The position numbers and the translations under genes were made by a program. From Eledone cirrhosa (lineage: Eukaryota): DNA of 64,000 bases. Each line of letters starts with the position of its first letter. The first letter of the stretch is position 1. The stretch lies in contig OZ024742.1 in NCBI GenBank assembly GCA_964016885.1, positions 263,190,001 to 263,254,000 of the forward strand, read 5' to 3'. Under the pieces are notes generated by a model that was not told the origin of the DNA, ran no database searches, and saw only the letters and a program-made list of their open reading frames with translations. Positions 15,061 to 29,278 of the stretch are shown here, in pieces.

Positions 15061-15571
15061 CACAGAATGCGCTCGTGAAATTAACGGGCAAGTGGCTGAG
15101 CATTCTACAAACACGCGTATCCAGGGATATTCATCGTGACACATAATGTCGAATTATAGGTACAACTCATTTTTGCAGCTTAGTTGACTAGAGCAACATG
15201 AAATAAAGTGTCATTCTCAAGGACATAGCGCGCTGTCGTGTATCGACGCGCGCACTTACGACCTTGAACCGAATACCCTAACCACAAAACCACGCGCCTT
15301 CACTATATATATAGTATGGAAGACGGAAGACTTGCAGTTACATAAGTGAATATCAGTTTTCCTTCTCCACACTACCGATATTGTCCAAGAGAAGGCCGGC
15401 AAAGTTGGCACGGATGTCGTGTCTGAACGCTAAGGGCCGGAACAGATACTTTAGCTCTAAATGGACCGCCCTCAACTCGTCTTTTATTAATCGACTCCGG
15501 AAAAATGATGGGATTTGAATTCAGAACGCAGAGTCAGAGCAAATACCAATAGTATTATATTTTTATGCTTC

Positions 15572-15760
15572 AGGGCGGTGGATTGGCACTATCGGTAGAG
15601 GGTCGGACGCCATGCTTTGAAGCATAGTTACGTCCCTTTACGATCTGAGTTCAAATCCCGCCGAGGTTGACTTTGCCTTTCATCCTTACGGGGTCGATAA
15701 AATAAAGTACCAGTAATGCACTAGGTAATTGCTGGCCTTGTGCCTAAAGTAGAAACAAGT
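15572..15760 (+). mobile_element. tRNA-derived SINE with a Nin/Deu-like core
   Basis: A-box-like TGGCACTATCGG; B box GTTCAAATCC; core GCCTTTCATCCTTACGGGGTCGATAAAATAAAGTACCAG. Further full or partial copies near 17805, 19035, 23213, 25028, 31850-32185, 33108, 35880, 37053, 40375, 41667, 44860 and 55022. Confidence 0.85.
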
Positions 15761-16535
15761 ATTATATTTTATGCTCTAACGACCCTGCCAATTCGCTTTA
15801 TATATATCCTGGTCTTTACAGAAAATTTCAAAACAAAATAGTTATGTTCGTTATTGTTTTTTGCGCTTGCACAAAAAATGTCAACAGAATTTTGGCTTTC
15901 CAATTGTCCTTTAATCCATAACACAAAGCTAATAATACATATAAAAAAATTATATTATATGTTATTAAATATACAGCAATCAAAATGAATTGGACCGTTA
16001 AATAGTTGTTTTGAAAAACTTCCGTTTCAGACTAAACTGTCAAAGATGCCCTACACACACACATATATATAACTACAATTTAATGCCCTTCCCCCACCGA
16101 CTTTGTTTCTACAACTTTGTTCGTTATTCTATTTTCACGACTGAATACTTTTGATTTGTTTTGACGAAACGTAAATTCGGAAATTTTTCATCATGCCTTC
16201 CAAACTCATGTTGATATTGAATATCAATTAGGATAGTGTCATAGATTTGTTAAACGTACTATGAATTACGAAAATGTTATTTTAAAAAATATTATCGACG
16301 TAATCGTAATCGATATTTTTCAAATGTATCTCTGCAAATATTCATAAAACAATATGTATTAAGAAAATTATGTGTAAACGAAAAAGCCTAAATATTTATA
16401 AACACGCGTATACAGGGTATATATGTAAAGTTACAAGCCATGAAACTATATATATATAACGAAGGAAGTGTGGTAAGGAACCAGATGGACCATAACGCAC
16501 CAGATAACTCAATATTTAGGGTTGTAGAGTGGGTA

Positions 16536-16673
16536 ATAGGAAAATGTTCAAGACCCCGATGGCAGAGCTCAAGCCGTGTCGACCGCTATTTCTGAACAAT
16601 AATTATTTTCGGTCCAGAAATAGCCGTCGAAACGGCTTGAGCTCTGCCGTCGGGGTCTTGAACATTTTCCTAT
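16536..16673. repeat. Fold-back element next to (TA)n, with a half-hammerhead (stem-GAAA-CGGC-TT)
   Basis: ~60-bp inverted arms; a single arm recurs at ~24947-25003 inside TA. Confidence 0.7.
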
Positions 16674-16697
16674 ATATATATATATATATATGCTTAC

Positions 16698-16802
16698 GAT
16701 TTTATTGACAGTGTCTTCGAAGTTTCGCCGGGTCTGTGACTTATTTAAATAGTCAGTTTGAATAAGCCACATACTCGGCAAAACTTCGAAGTCAATAAAA
16801 TC
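16698..16802. repeat. Fold-back element with a half-hammerhead on the - strand (long stem-GAAA-C...G-TC-AATAAAATC)
   Basis: Imperfect inverted repeat centred near 16750; no CTGANGA present. Confidence 0.65.
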
Positions 16803-19239
16803 ATGCACTTGTATCGAATCCTTTATTTAGTCAGTTTTTGTTGTTTTTATGTACATAAAATATTATTTTATATGCATATACTTTACGTGTGTGTACAATA
16901 GTTGATGTTTGGTTCAATCAATTATACATTCAGAAATTGTTATCAATTAGATGAAGCTTCCATCTTTCTATCTAAATTTGAACATACAATATAAAAAAAT
17001 GATCTGCCAAACTGACAACTGAAATTTTCAACACACCACAGTCTCTTTCTTTTTCCCAACTTCTGTTTTCTTTCTTTCTTTTACTTACTAATCCTCTTGC
17101 TCCCCCTTCTTGTTCACATGAACAATGGATGTGTTTTCTGTTTTGTACGCGTTGTTTACTTTATTATTGTCTATGTACGTATTTCCTGATTAAAATCAAC
17201 ATTTCAAATAGTAACGAAAATAATTATTATGTCATTATATATATATATAAATGAAAGTATAGAAATTATTGTGAGCGTGAAGCCAACAGTATTTCATAAT
17301 ATATAACAAAACAAATATATATATATATTTGTTTTGTTTTGTTTTTTGTTATTTTTAGAAAACTCTTGTTTTCCGTACAGGCATAAATGAAGCCTTACAT
17401 TTTCAACGTGATGGATTTGGTGAACGTCGCACTTAAAATGCGTGTGGAAAATACTTTCAAGTTAAATTCGAAATCAAATCGTGGAGCCGATTCAATAAGA
17501 ATTTAACTTTTAACATTGATATGTTACCAACCAACCAAACACACACATACATTAAATACTATTGTCTTGTTTAACCCCGTGTCAGCCTTGATTGAAAAGA
17601 CCTATGACCATTCCGATCTGTGTGTCAGTGAATACATTGTCCAATGTCTCCTTAGTTTTTTTTGTTTGTTTTCAACAGTAGTGCAGATTTGACTGCTATC
17701 TCTAGCAACTCAGCCGGTATTTCTAACAATAACTTCCTTTAGCAGTTATTGTTATAAGTAACTCACTCGCGTGCGCACATGAAATTTACATACATAGATA
17801 ATAGTTGTTTCTACTTTAGGCACAAGGCCAGCAAATACCTAGTGCATTACTGGTACTTTATTTTATCGACCCCGTAAGGATGAAAGGCAAAGTCAACCTC
17901 GGCGGGATTTGAACTCAGATCGTAAATACTACATACATATGCAAGCATACACACATTTTATTAAATAACATGTCAGCCCTCACTGAGCAGGCATGTTCAA
18001 AAGCATTTCAGTTATAACCATCTCATCTTTTATTCCAATGTATTTCTGATTACATTTTTCTATGCGCCCATTATTTTCCAAACACAGTACTATTTGGTTT
18101 CAGGGTATTTTTGGCTAACAAATCGAGCTACCACTTAGGGTTCTCTCGTTGGCTCGATGTAAATGTGTGTGTATGTAATATGGGTGTTTGCGCGCGCATA
18201 ACAATAACTGTTTAATCTTTAAATATGTGCGCGCACACACACACACACACACACATGTATAGACATACATACACAATGATAATTATATAATATATAAATT
18301 TATCATCAAATAAAGTTAAGATCATGTATATATACAGTGTGAGTGACAGTTGTATATGAATGTGTCAGTTTATACAACATATATAATGAGTGTGTGTGAT
18401 ATGTTATATATATGTTTTATAAGCGTTTTAAGGCCATCTTCCCTGCGTGCACTATGACAAGTTTCTCCTATCTTCTCTATCCCCTATATCTCCAGCCATG
18501 TCATTCTTGGTCTTCCCCTTCCTTTACTTCCTTCCACATTCATTTCCATCACTACTCTCACCTAACCATTTCCATTCTTTCTCAACACATGACCGAACCA
18601 TTTAATTTCTGTTCACATTCATCACTGGTTCTATACCCATATATTGTTATATATATGCACACCCACATGCGCTTGTGAATGTATATAATAAAACTAGGAT
18701 CAGAGAGAAGTATTTAAGAATGCAAAGCATTAGCAAAAGAGATGCAGTAAGACAAGGGTGAACAGCTTGAAGGAAGAGGTAGGGCAATTGTCGTGGACAC
18801 AGATATAATTTAAGGAAAGTGGGAGGGAGAGGTTTAGAGCAGTCCAGTTTGCGGACCATTAGAGGGAATAACTAAGAAGGAAGTTGAAGTAATAAAAGGA
18901 GGAAGTGGGAGTGAGGTCTAGATAATAGGGAGAACATAGAGGAGCTTGTCATGGGTCTCGCAAGGTTAACCCCTGCTTTAACAAGAATAATGACTTTAGG
19001 CTGCTGTATGTAAATATATAATAATGATAATAATAATTGTTTCTACTTTTGGCACAAGGCCAGCAATTACTCAGTACATTACTGGTACTTTATTTTATCG
19101 ACCCCGTAAGGATGAAAGGCAAAGTTAACCTTGGCGGGATTTGAACTCAGACCATAAAGAGACATAACTATGCTGCAAAGCATGGCGTCCGACTCTCTAC
19201 CGATACTGCCAATTCACCGCCCTTTGATAATAATAATGA

Positions 19240-20525
19240 TTTCATTTATTAGCCACAAGGGCCCACATGTAGGGGACAATACAAAGACAGGGACAGTGAG
19301 GGTTTACAATAAGGTCAAGTAAAAGTGCACAATGGCAAGACTAATTTAACAATGAAGATATAAAAATATAAAATAAACTATGCATAAATATAACAAAATA
19401 AATTTCCCGATAGGGGGTGGACGACCCAGGGGTGACTCAGGTACCCCACCAATTCTGAACCACCCTGCGCTTCTAGGGCACCCAGGGAGAGCACCCCTCT
19501 CCTCAAGTTAGCTAGCCTATAGGCACATGGTCAGAGTAGGCCCATTCACACGGGCCATTCTCGCCACATTCATCCACTTTTTACAAAATGTACTGGGGGG
19601 CAGCACTTCTCTCTCCACCCTCACCTTCCTTTCTAGGTGAACTTGAAGAAGTTGATGAGGGATTGGCCGAAGAGAAAAGCGTCTGTCTTCAGTCCTTTTA
19701 ATCTGGTCCACCATATAACCTCTTTCGCAACGACCACCAGACAGAGGAAAATTGCCTGCTCTTCCTGACCTAAGGAAGGCAGCGGGTCGATCTTCACTAT
19801 GGACTCGGCCGATAGCCGGATCCGTTCCACACGCGACAGTAGCTGTTCGACATAACTCCACAAGTCAGTAATGCACGGACATTGGACAAGTGCGTGGAGA
19901 ACGGTTTCGTCGCTCTGTGCGCATCTTGGGCAGGTCCGTCTAACAACACTTCCGTGCCTGTAGAGTTTATCCCGAACCGGCAGTGTCCCCCGGTAGCACT
20001 GCCAAGCGAGGGATTTCTGGAAATTGTCCATCGTCCCCGGCTTGAAAGTCCTCCGGTACAGACTGGTCAGTTCGACTTCGTCGAGGCCCAAAGCTTCTCC
20101 AAGTGCGTCATCGCACTTGCTCACCACTAATCCTCTATAGAACTCGAGAGTGGAAGTTCCACTGATCGCATTGCCCGCTTGGTAGAGGGCAGTGAGTGCC
20201 TGGCAACATTCCAGGTACCAGTCACCCAGTCTCGGTCTCTTCTTGACCCAGGACTGCAGCTCAGTCAAAGAAACGAGCTGCGCAAAGGCCCGTCTGATAA
20301 ACGGCGACCACACCTGTTCACCGTTTAGGCAGAATATCTGGAGATGTCGCAGCCTCAGCGCATGTCTGCGCATCATTAGCCACGGCATGCCCAGCCCTCC
20401 GCGTAGAGGGTGCTGGCAGCAGATGGACCGCCTCACCAACGGAATTTGTCCCTTCCACAAGAATTTGAAGAGGAGCCGTTCCATCTTGACGAGGCGCGGA
20501 TGGGGATAAAGAAGGTTCCTCAATA
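19240..20525 (-). mobile_element. L1/Tx1-clade LINE 3' fragment
   Basis: ORF 19633-20523 has FLWKG...RGGLGMP and the zinc-finger region LPVRDKL...CPRC..DETVLHALVQCP. Confidence 0.9.
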
Positions 20526-20559
20526 GGGAGGAGACGTTCGAGGGTCATTCTTGGAAAAA

Positions 20560-21630
20560 AAACCCATAAAACCACGGCTGCCCTGATATTTAGGGTAAGT
20601 GCCCTGTCTCGGTTGTGCTCCTCTAATCTACAGGCTCACACTCAGAGCGAGCCCATTCACTTGGGCCATGCTTGCTTCTCTCACCCACCTTTCAACAAAT
20701 TGCTTTGAAGGCATCACTTCTCTCTCCACCCTGATTTTCCTCTTAAAGTGGAACCTGAAGAAGAAGTTAATCAGGGCTTCGCCAAAGAGGAAAGTGCTTG
20801 TCTTCAAACCTTTCAAGCGTGTCCGCGATACAAGCTCTTTCGCCATGGCCACAAGACATATAAAAACGGCCTGCTCATCTTGATTAAATGAAGGCGGTGG
20901 GACAATCTTGGGACTTGGTAGATACCGAATTTGTCCTACATGCGACAGCAGGTGTTCGACATAAACCCTCAAGTCAGCAATGCTCGGACACTGGACGATT
21001 GCGTGCAGGACCGTTTCGTCGCCTTGCGCGCATCTCGGATAAGTTCGGCTGATGGGACTTCCATGTTTGTAAAGTTTATCTAAAACTGGCAAAGCTCCTC
21101 GGTAGCACTCCAGGCCAGGGATTTCTGGAAATTATCCAGGGGCTCTGGACCGAAAGTCCTCCCGAAAAGAGTGGTTAGTTGATTTTCGTTGACGTCTAGA
21201 GTTTCCCCAAGAACGTCGTCGCTTTTATTCACCACTATCTCTATAGAACGCCAAAGTGGAGTTTCCACCGATCATATTGCCCGATTGATGAAGGGTTGTA
21301 AGCGCCTGAAGATATTCCAGTTTCCAAGCGCTCTCCCTCGGTCTGCTTGATCCATGACTGTAGCTCCGTTAAGGATACGAGCTGAGGGGAACATGTATCT
21401 GGTGAACGGCGACCACACCTGTACACCGTTAAGGAAAAGATTGAGATGTCGTAGCCTCTGCGCATCATTAGCCACGGCATTCCCAGTCCTCCACGCAGGG
21501 GCTGTTGACAGCAGATGGACCGCCTGACCATCGAAATGCGTCCCTTCCACAAGAAGCGGAAGAGCAAACGCCCCCAGTGCAGTCAGACGGAGTTTGGGAC
21601 AAGGTACGACGGTCAAGCGGTAGTAGATGA
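20560..21630 (-). mobile_element. Second, frameshifted L1/Tx1 3' fragment in tandem
   Basis: Same motifs spread over ORFs 20628-21092, 21080-21268 and 21241-21567. Confidence 0.88.
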
Positions 21631-22204
21631 CGGAAATAGTAAGGAGCAGGAACGAGGTATCATTATAGCATCGTTTATGCCAGGCAAATGTACTACTGAT
21701 GCCCTCTTCTTTAGAACTATTCTCACCATCATTCTACTCATCTTTCTATCCAGTGGAAGAAGTGGCAATGAGGGTGAGATCTTGCTCAACACCAGTCCCG
21801 TATGATGTACCTCCAGTGTCTATAAGAACTGCCCAAAGCTGCTTCATCAGTTGTGGAGGGCCCTAAAGGTGATTTGGAGTGTAGGGAAAATCTCCCAATG
21901 ATAATAGCTGTCACTCGCAATTGAGTATTACTTTGAAGAATGTTCCATGCTTTCGCTAAGGGTTTCAGGTGCCCATGCAGTCGCGAGCAAACACAAGCAC
22001 TCCCTTGACTTCCTCCATTAATCTACTGGAACATCTTTATCGACCCTGGAAGGATGAAAGGCAAAATGGACTTCGGCAGGATTTTAACTCAGAACAGAGA
22101 CCCACTACAAACTACTCAATGCTCTAATGATTCTGTCAAATCAACTGTTTTGCTGAAAGTGTATACATGCCCAAAGAAGGGATCTCTGAAGATCATCCAA
22201 TTTC

Positions 22205-22560
22205 TGACTGTGGCGTCCCAGATGTGACATCTGCCTCTTACCCAGGGACAAAGAGTAAGACCGTCTGGTCTCTTCCCATAAATTCTGGATAATCCAGCCG
22301 GATCCAGAACTGAGAGGATATTTACCCGAGCTTGGACTCGCTTAATGATCAGGTTTAGCGTGGTGTGGCGGGCGAAGCGACCAGCATTCAGGCGGCAGGG
22401 CAAACCATGTAGGCCTCTGGAGTCGAGAGACCTACCACAGCGACAACTCAGACCCACACAGATGCGGAGCTCGTCCAGACTGAGAAGATCACCAATGTTG
22501 GCCACAGGCAGGACATCAATCCAGTTCCCCCGTGAACTTTGTGCTTGCAGAAAGTAATCG
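22205..22560 (-). mobile_element. CRE-clade non-LTR fragment (zinc knuckle + restriction-like endonuclease)
   Basis: CRCGRSLDSRGLHGLPC...RH...GKRPDGLTL.PW..G..IWDATV. Confidence 0.8.
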
Positions 22561-23988
22561 GCACCTAGAAAATTTCTTTGCTGAGTGTGAAAAAAAGATT
22601 TCCTTCAGCATTATCTCCAAGAGACTTGAATTTTCTGCTGAGTAAAACTACATTGACGGGAAAAAGGAATACCTTTCGAAATGTGTGTTTATACATAAAC
22701 ATGTTATGTTTCGGTCCATATACACCTTTATATTTAAGAGTATGCCTGAGTATTTAATTTAAACCTAATTGTATCGCTGCCTGTGTGTACTATTTATGTA
22801 TTTAAACTTAATTAATATAGTGTGCATGTGCGTATGTATTTAATCATGATTGCAACATGTGTAAGTGTTGTTGCTGAATTTTTAGCAGATTAATGAACTT
22901 CTGTTAAATAACAAAGGAAATAACTTGTTTTTCAGTAGCTGGATATGTGTTTGTGCGTGTATGTATACAGATATCTGCGTTATTCATTATAAAAAGAAAA
23001 GAAAAATGAATGAACAACTATAATTATGTTATGTGCCAGTTGCTGCACTCAGAGAGCACTTATTACATACTCTCACGTCTTGGATAATGCCCCTCCCCCC
23101 TCCACACATGCCCGCACACGCACACACCGCTTATTAGATTTTGCTATCAATCTCCGGCGAAATTTTATTGTAAGTGATTCATATCGATACTAGAGCAGCT
23201 GGAGAATCTAATAATTGTTTCTACTTTAGGCACAAGGCCAGCAAATACCCAGTACATTACTGGTACTTTATTTTATCGACCTCGTAAGGATGAAAGGCGG
23301 GATTTGAACTCAGGCTGTAAAGGGACGTAACTATGCTAAAAAGCATGGCGTCCAACCCTCTACCGATACTGCCAATTCACCGAATCTAATAATGATTTTA
23401 TTTTACATTAAAAAAAACAAACATTATATATGACAAAAGAACATTACAAGAAATCCCAGATTTACGATCGTACACTATACAATTACCGATTTCCCAACCA
23501 CGTTTATCCCCCCCCCCCCCCCCTGCTTATAAGAATTTAAGTAAATGTCCAACCCTCCAACCTATTATTTGGGACACTCACGACCACACAAACAACACTA
23601 CTATACATATGGATTCGTAACTCCTGATATGGTCGTTGGAATCCAATCGTGACATACATTGTGTCCAACTCCTTTCCAGGTCTAAACACAGCTGATTTCT
23701 CCAGAGAAGGAAATGGAGAGAGGGGGCGAAATGAGAAAGAAATTTAGTAGAAATAAATGACCCAAGTACTGGACTGGTACTTTTTTTTATCAACCTCAAA
23801 AGGATGAAGGGTAAAGTTGGGTGGGATTTGAACTCAGAATGTAAAGATGCATAACTAAATTTCACTAGTCATTTTTCTTTACGCTCTAACAATGAGATTT
23901 GAATAAATAATTAACCCGGCTTATATAGAATTCATTTTCTTCCGTTTATATACACACACATAACTCGTAGCCACATATATATATATAT

Positions 23989-24178
23989 TAAATATAGAAA
24001 TGGCTTCTACAGGACTAGAATTGTTTCTATCGAAGGAAATCATCAGGAAACAGTTCTAGTCCTTCCTGGAGTAGCCATTTCTATATTAAATTTCGTTATA
24101 TATACTCTTGAGTATAAATTTCGTTATATATACTCTTTACTTAGTCTGGTTACCTCCGATTGAACTCGAGACTCACAT
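23989..24178. mobile_element. PLE-tail remnant with a short fold-back; junction falls at the hammerhead core
   Basis: Arms flank TCATCAG|GAAACAGTTC; the same tail occurs at ~27712-27830 on the - strand. Confidence 0.65.
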
Positions 24179-24644
24179 ATCTATATATATATATATATCT
24201 GTGTGTGTGTGTGAGTAATAAGGTGAAAGATCAAACTTAATATGCCAAGAAAATCCGCAAAAATCTCATATTATACGAGTGTAAGGTCACAGCATAAATA
24301 TTAATAAATAATAAATCCAAGGGTTCTGGTGGAATTTACATTTTTATTGGTTTGAAAATGTAAAGGTAGGGTTAATTAAATATTCTCATTTAAGTAATAT
24401 TTCAGTATACGGGACTAAATCCATATATTAGTAATTCGACTTAAAAGTACTTTCCGACACCTGTTAATTCCGTTTTATTTGATTCATCCAAGATATATAA
24501 ACTTTTGTTTGTTTGTGAGTGCGCGCGTGCGTAGTTGCGTATACATACAAGGTGAGTTGATATAATCATATGAGGCAAAGAGTTATTTAAAGCTCTAATG
24601 TATATATGTGTGTGTATGTATGTATGTAACATATATATATATAT

Positions 24645-24835
24645 AATTAGAAATAGAAGCTTTCGCCGTATTTTGACAAAAGACATTTTAGCCCGATAGT
24701 GGGGTTTAGAACCCTGAAAGAAATGGAAAAAGATGTACGTCAATACTCATCTTTTTCCATTTTTTTCAGGGTTCTAAACCCAACTATCAGGCTAAAATTT
24801 CTGTCAAAATACAGCGAAAGCTTCTATATCTAATT
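24645..24835. repeat. Imperfect ~90-bp-arm inverted repeat beside TA, both arms ending in GCGAAAGCTTC
   Basis: Read directly. Confidence 0.7.
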
Positions 24836-24872
24836 TCAAACTCGTTCGCTGTTTCAAAACATACTTACCTGT

Positions 24873-24918
<46 letters not shown>

Positions 24919-25444
24919 ACAGGTAAGTTATATATATATATATATAGGAAAATGTATGACCCCGACGGCAGAGCTCAAGCCGTTTCGACGGCTATTTCTG
25001 GACTATATATATATATATATTTATATAATTGTTTCTACTTTAGGCACCAGGCCAGCAATTACCCAGTGCATTACTGGTACTTTATTTTATCGACCCCCGT
25101 AAGGATGAAAGGCAAAGTAAACCTCGGCGGGATTTGAACTCAGACCGTAAAGGGACGTAACTATGCTGGAAAGCATGGCGTCCGACTCTCTGCCAATCCA
25201 CCGAATGTAATTGAAAACCCTGGTTATTATTTATTTATTCATTTTATATATGCTCTGTGACTGGAAATTTACTATTTGGATGAAACTCTGAACTGTCTTT
25301 TGCCAATCTTACTATGGGCAATAAAATCACATTAGAGCTTTGAATAACTCTTTGCGTTATATGATTGTATTAACTTATCTTGTATGTATATATATATATA
25401 TATATTTATATTGTGTGTGTGCACCAGGATTTAAATTAAATCAT

Positions 25445-25523
25445 TTAATTGATTGACGAATGTTTCGATTAAAATAACAGGAATATTCAATCCTGTTATA
25501 TTAATCTCTTCAGAATCTATTAA
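25445..25523 (-). ncRNA. Canonical minimal type I hammerhead
   Basis: On the - strand: TTAATAGATT-CTGAAGA-GATTAAtATAACAGGA(ttgaatat)TCCTGTTATtTTAATC-GAAA-C(attc)G-TC-AATCAATTAA, with a GUC triplet. Confidence 0.88.
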
Positions 25524-25661
25524 ATAATAATATTTATCAATACATGCCCATAAGATAATCACATGAGTCTGAAAATGTAAATAAATACTGTTGGGAAAAC
25601 GTTAAAATGTTATGTATGCCTAAATACGCAATTAAAATGTATTAGTTATAAAGATATAACT

Positions 25662-25790
25662 GTCGAAGCCGGGCGCCGCCTGCTGGTCGGAATTATGGGT
25701 CTCACTAACAAGTTCATCCACAACGCCTTGGACCCTTATTCCCGAGGCCTCTTTTCGGCCCGTCTAACTGCTCTCAAGAAGAACGACCTG
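25662..25790 (+). mobile_element. CRE-like RT N-terminal fragment
   Basis: EAGRRLL...LFSARLTALKKND resembles the A.L.AL.K.DGG.RPI region. Confidence 0.5.
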
Positions 25791-26759
25791 TCCGTATTCA
25801 TTACTCTCTACCAGCACCCTTTCTGTGCTGCCAGCCATTACTATCTGTCCCCTGAACCACTCGTTACATGCCGTCATTTTGTTAACCATTGTCATCCCCT
25901 CTCTTTCTCTCTGGTGTTTCCTCTACAATTCTCTCACCCACCCATGCATCATACTCACGCAGCCCTCTTATTTCTTTTCCTGCTCTTCTTCTCCTTTCTA
26001 TTCACTCTCTTCTTCACGTTACTTTGAATAAATGGCGACATTGTTGAATAGTTAGGACATTTTGGACTAGTGCTGATGTCACGACAAAATTTACACTGTA
26101 CATTCTGTAAAGGGCGTCAAGCTGTGCCCCCACCCCAAATGGAACGTACGAGCAAGATGTGATCCTCTAACTCGCCTGAGAGTACAGTAATTCTGAATAA
26201 GAATTGATTCGGACTGTGACAATCCGTCCAATCCACGTTAGCTTTGAAACTAAACGTAAATATTGATGAACGGTGCGCTCGCGCATACAACCCAGTACAA
26301 TATGTTGCATAGACGAGTCATAATGAAATGAGGAGTCAGCAGTTATCACCCAATAGTGTGTATCTATACATTTATGTGAGCACTTATGTATATGTAAAGA
26401 TATTCTTCTCTTAAACTCGCAGTGTTTGTAGTATCTGGCCATCTTGCTTTGTTTTTACCTGTTGGTAGTTTACGGCTTCAAACATTTGTATAGTGGTGCC
26501 CTTGTCACACAAGCATTTGTCACGTTGATGAGTAGTCTTATTTAGATGTATGCCTTCGTGATCTTGAGAATCTGTCATGAAGAGAAACTGTCTCCGGGGC
26601 GGTAAATCCACAGCCATCATATATGTGTGTCTATAAATGTATATGTATGAATATACATGTCTTTATATATATATATATATAAAAGTTAAATAGTGTGTCT
26701 AGTTACTTCGGAGTTTCACCTGCTTCGGTATTGAGTACTCCGGCTGTCAACTACATACG

Positions 26760-26837
<78 letters not shown>

Positions 26838-26879
26838 TGTATATATAGTATATTTGGGAATATACTGTATGCTTAATTA

Positions 26880-27168
26880 AAAACATTTTGAAGACCTTGC
26901 GCTATTATTTTAAAGTAGTCACTTACCTTTTTTTCAACAAACAAAGGGAGATAAGCTGACAAATCTGTTTCATACTGTTGGTAATCATCAGAGCTTACCA
27001 CTCGCCTTTGCCCGTTGAAAATTATAGATGTTGGATTCTTATAGAATTCCAGTAATAATCAGGAATTGTTTATACAGAGCGATTGCCGGTCCAGCAAAAA
27101 TTGAAAATTAGAATTGGTGCTTTGAAATAGCGATGTATACATCGCTATTTCAGAGCACCAATTCTAAT
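26880..27168 (-). mobile_element. 5'-truncated PLE: decayed GIY-YIG C-terminus and hammerhead, with a 5' fold-back hairpin
   Basis: Minus-strand remnants NFQFLLDR and LLLEFYK.QHL*FS; hairpin at 27107-27168; TA tracts on both sides. Confidence 0.6.
26950..26999 (-). ncRNA. Minimal type I hammerhead
   Basis: GGTAAGCT-CTGATGA-tTAC(caaca)GTAt-GAAA-CAGATTTG-TC-AGCTTATC: 8-bp stem I, weak stem II, GUC triplet. Confidence 0.78.
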
Positions 27169-29214
27169 ATATATATATATATATATACATATATGTATAA
27201 TTTTAATATATATATATACACATGCATTTGTATAAAGATGAATATATGTATATATATGTAGTTAGAAAGAACAAACAAAACACAGGAATCAATTGTAAAC
27301 AGTTGTATTAGGTTCACATATGTGCATATGTATATATGTGAACATATGTATACATATGCATATGTATACATGTATGCATAAATATTATATATGTGTGTGT
27401 TTATGTATGAATGCGCGCGCGTGTGTACTCAGCATTGCTGATAATGTGAATGGGCTGATAGCGGAGGACTTGAACATTTCCAACATTTAATCGCATGTTG
27501 CTGTCTTCAGGCTACTTGTATATTTGCATTTAGGTCTTGCTGCAAAGTATGTGGCATTACCAGAGTTGAAATACTTTCGTATCATCAGCATAGCTGGTGA
27601 GAGTAGCTGTCTGTATAATTGAGAGCATATCTGAGGGAACCACTACGAACGGCACTGGCTCCGTGGCAGATACCTTTGTATGTACATATAAAATGTATAT
27701 ATATTTGTGTGTACCCCGGGTTCAATCGGGGGTAACCACAGTAAGTAAGGTACTCAATACATAGCAGAGTATAAATGTTTAGTATAGAAATGGCTTCTAC
27801 AGGACTAGAACTGTTTCATTCGAAGGAAATCTAAAGAAAAGATGGTTTGTGGTGTTGATTTGGTTATTGTGTGTGTACTCACTTGTGGATTGTTTAGCTG
27901 TGTGGTCACTGTTGTGTAGAGTGTAGGCAAAGGAAGATTGATGCACCTGATACAGTGTGACCAGGGATTGCGGGTGTGCAAGTAAGAGATAAGTGTTCTT
28001 TATGATGATGATGATGATTCCTTGGATAAGTGATTTACCCTGATCACATAGGTAATGAAATATATAATTCACAACAACACAGAGTCGACATCTTAATAAT
28101 GTATTAAATATAACTTTTGTCGAACTTATAACGACAATACACAAAGAACAAATAACAGTTGAATTGTGTGATGTTATGTATCAGGTATGTTGTGTATGCG
28201 TGTTTACTTGCAAAAGTTTTATTTAAAATGTATTTACCGAACTTATGATGAGATGAATTCGCTGGCCTATCTTAGAGAGAGAGGGGGTGGAGTCGGTGTG
28301 TGAGACAATTGACCGCTACATCTTGGCTAGTCGGTATGAACTCTGCAACTGCAGTGGTTGACTCTGGGAGCAGGCTACTTATCAGGATTGCTTCCCTTGT
28401 CTCCGGGACTCAAGAATAAGCAGATGGCCGTTTGATATGTTAAAATCTCAGACATATTGGCGACTCGAAAGCCCATTCACAATGGAAACTTATCTATGAG
28501 GCCACAAAAGTCAGCTTCTTGGTGTCCGCTTGATAGTGTAAAATAAATTCTGCTACATCATTCCTTGGTGACAACATCTATGTAAAGATACTTGAATCCT
28601 TCATTTACTTTGACCGTCTCCCTCTTGTCACCTTTGGCATTCGCCGTTTTTCATTTTACATTCATTTAAATCAAGTACGATGATTTTTGTTTATCAACAC
28701 ATATCCACTAAATTACGATGGCATTTTTCTACCTATCTGTCTATCCATCCATCCATTTACGATCTGCTATTGAACTTTGAGCTTTGTTGTTATTGTCCGG
28801 CCATAGGTCCAAATATAAATATTTGACTATAGATAGTGAGGTAGGTAGGCAGATATATAGACATGTAGGTAGGGAGATGGGTAAATATGTTGGTAGGTGG
28901 ATGGATGGGTGGATAAATAGATAGATAGATGCTGTTGTTTTTATTGTCCGAAGATAGATACATGGATAGGTAGCTATAGATAGCTGCTTCATGACCATTA
29001 AATATTTTGTCAAAACTGTGTGAAGTGAAAGATATGTAGAGAGGAAGATATCAAATTATTTCGCTGTCAAAGTTAGCACTAAGTCATTGCCCGGTGACTT
29101 TGTTTTCTTATTAAAGAGATGTATGTATGCATGCATAGTCGGGTCGTCGGCGACTAAAACAAAACCCTTTCACATGGCGGAGGAACTCAGGAGAGTCAAT
29201 GGCCATCCAATAAA

Positions 29215-29273
<59 letters not shown>

Positions 29274-29278
<5 letters not shown>

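Noticed and set aside
26167-26620. Two short overlapping minus-strand ORFs
   Set aside because: No recognisable motifs or supported splice structure.
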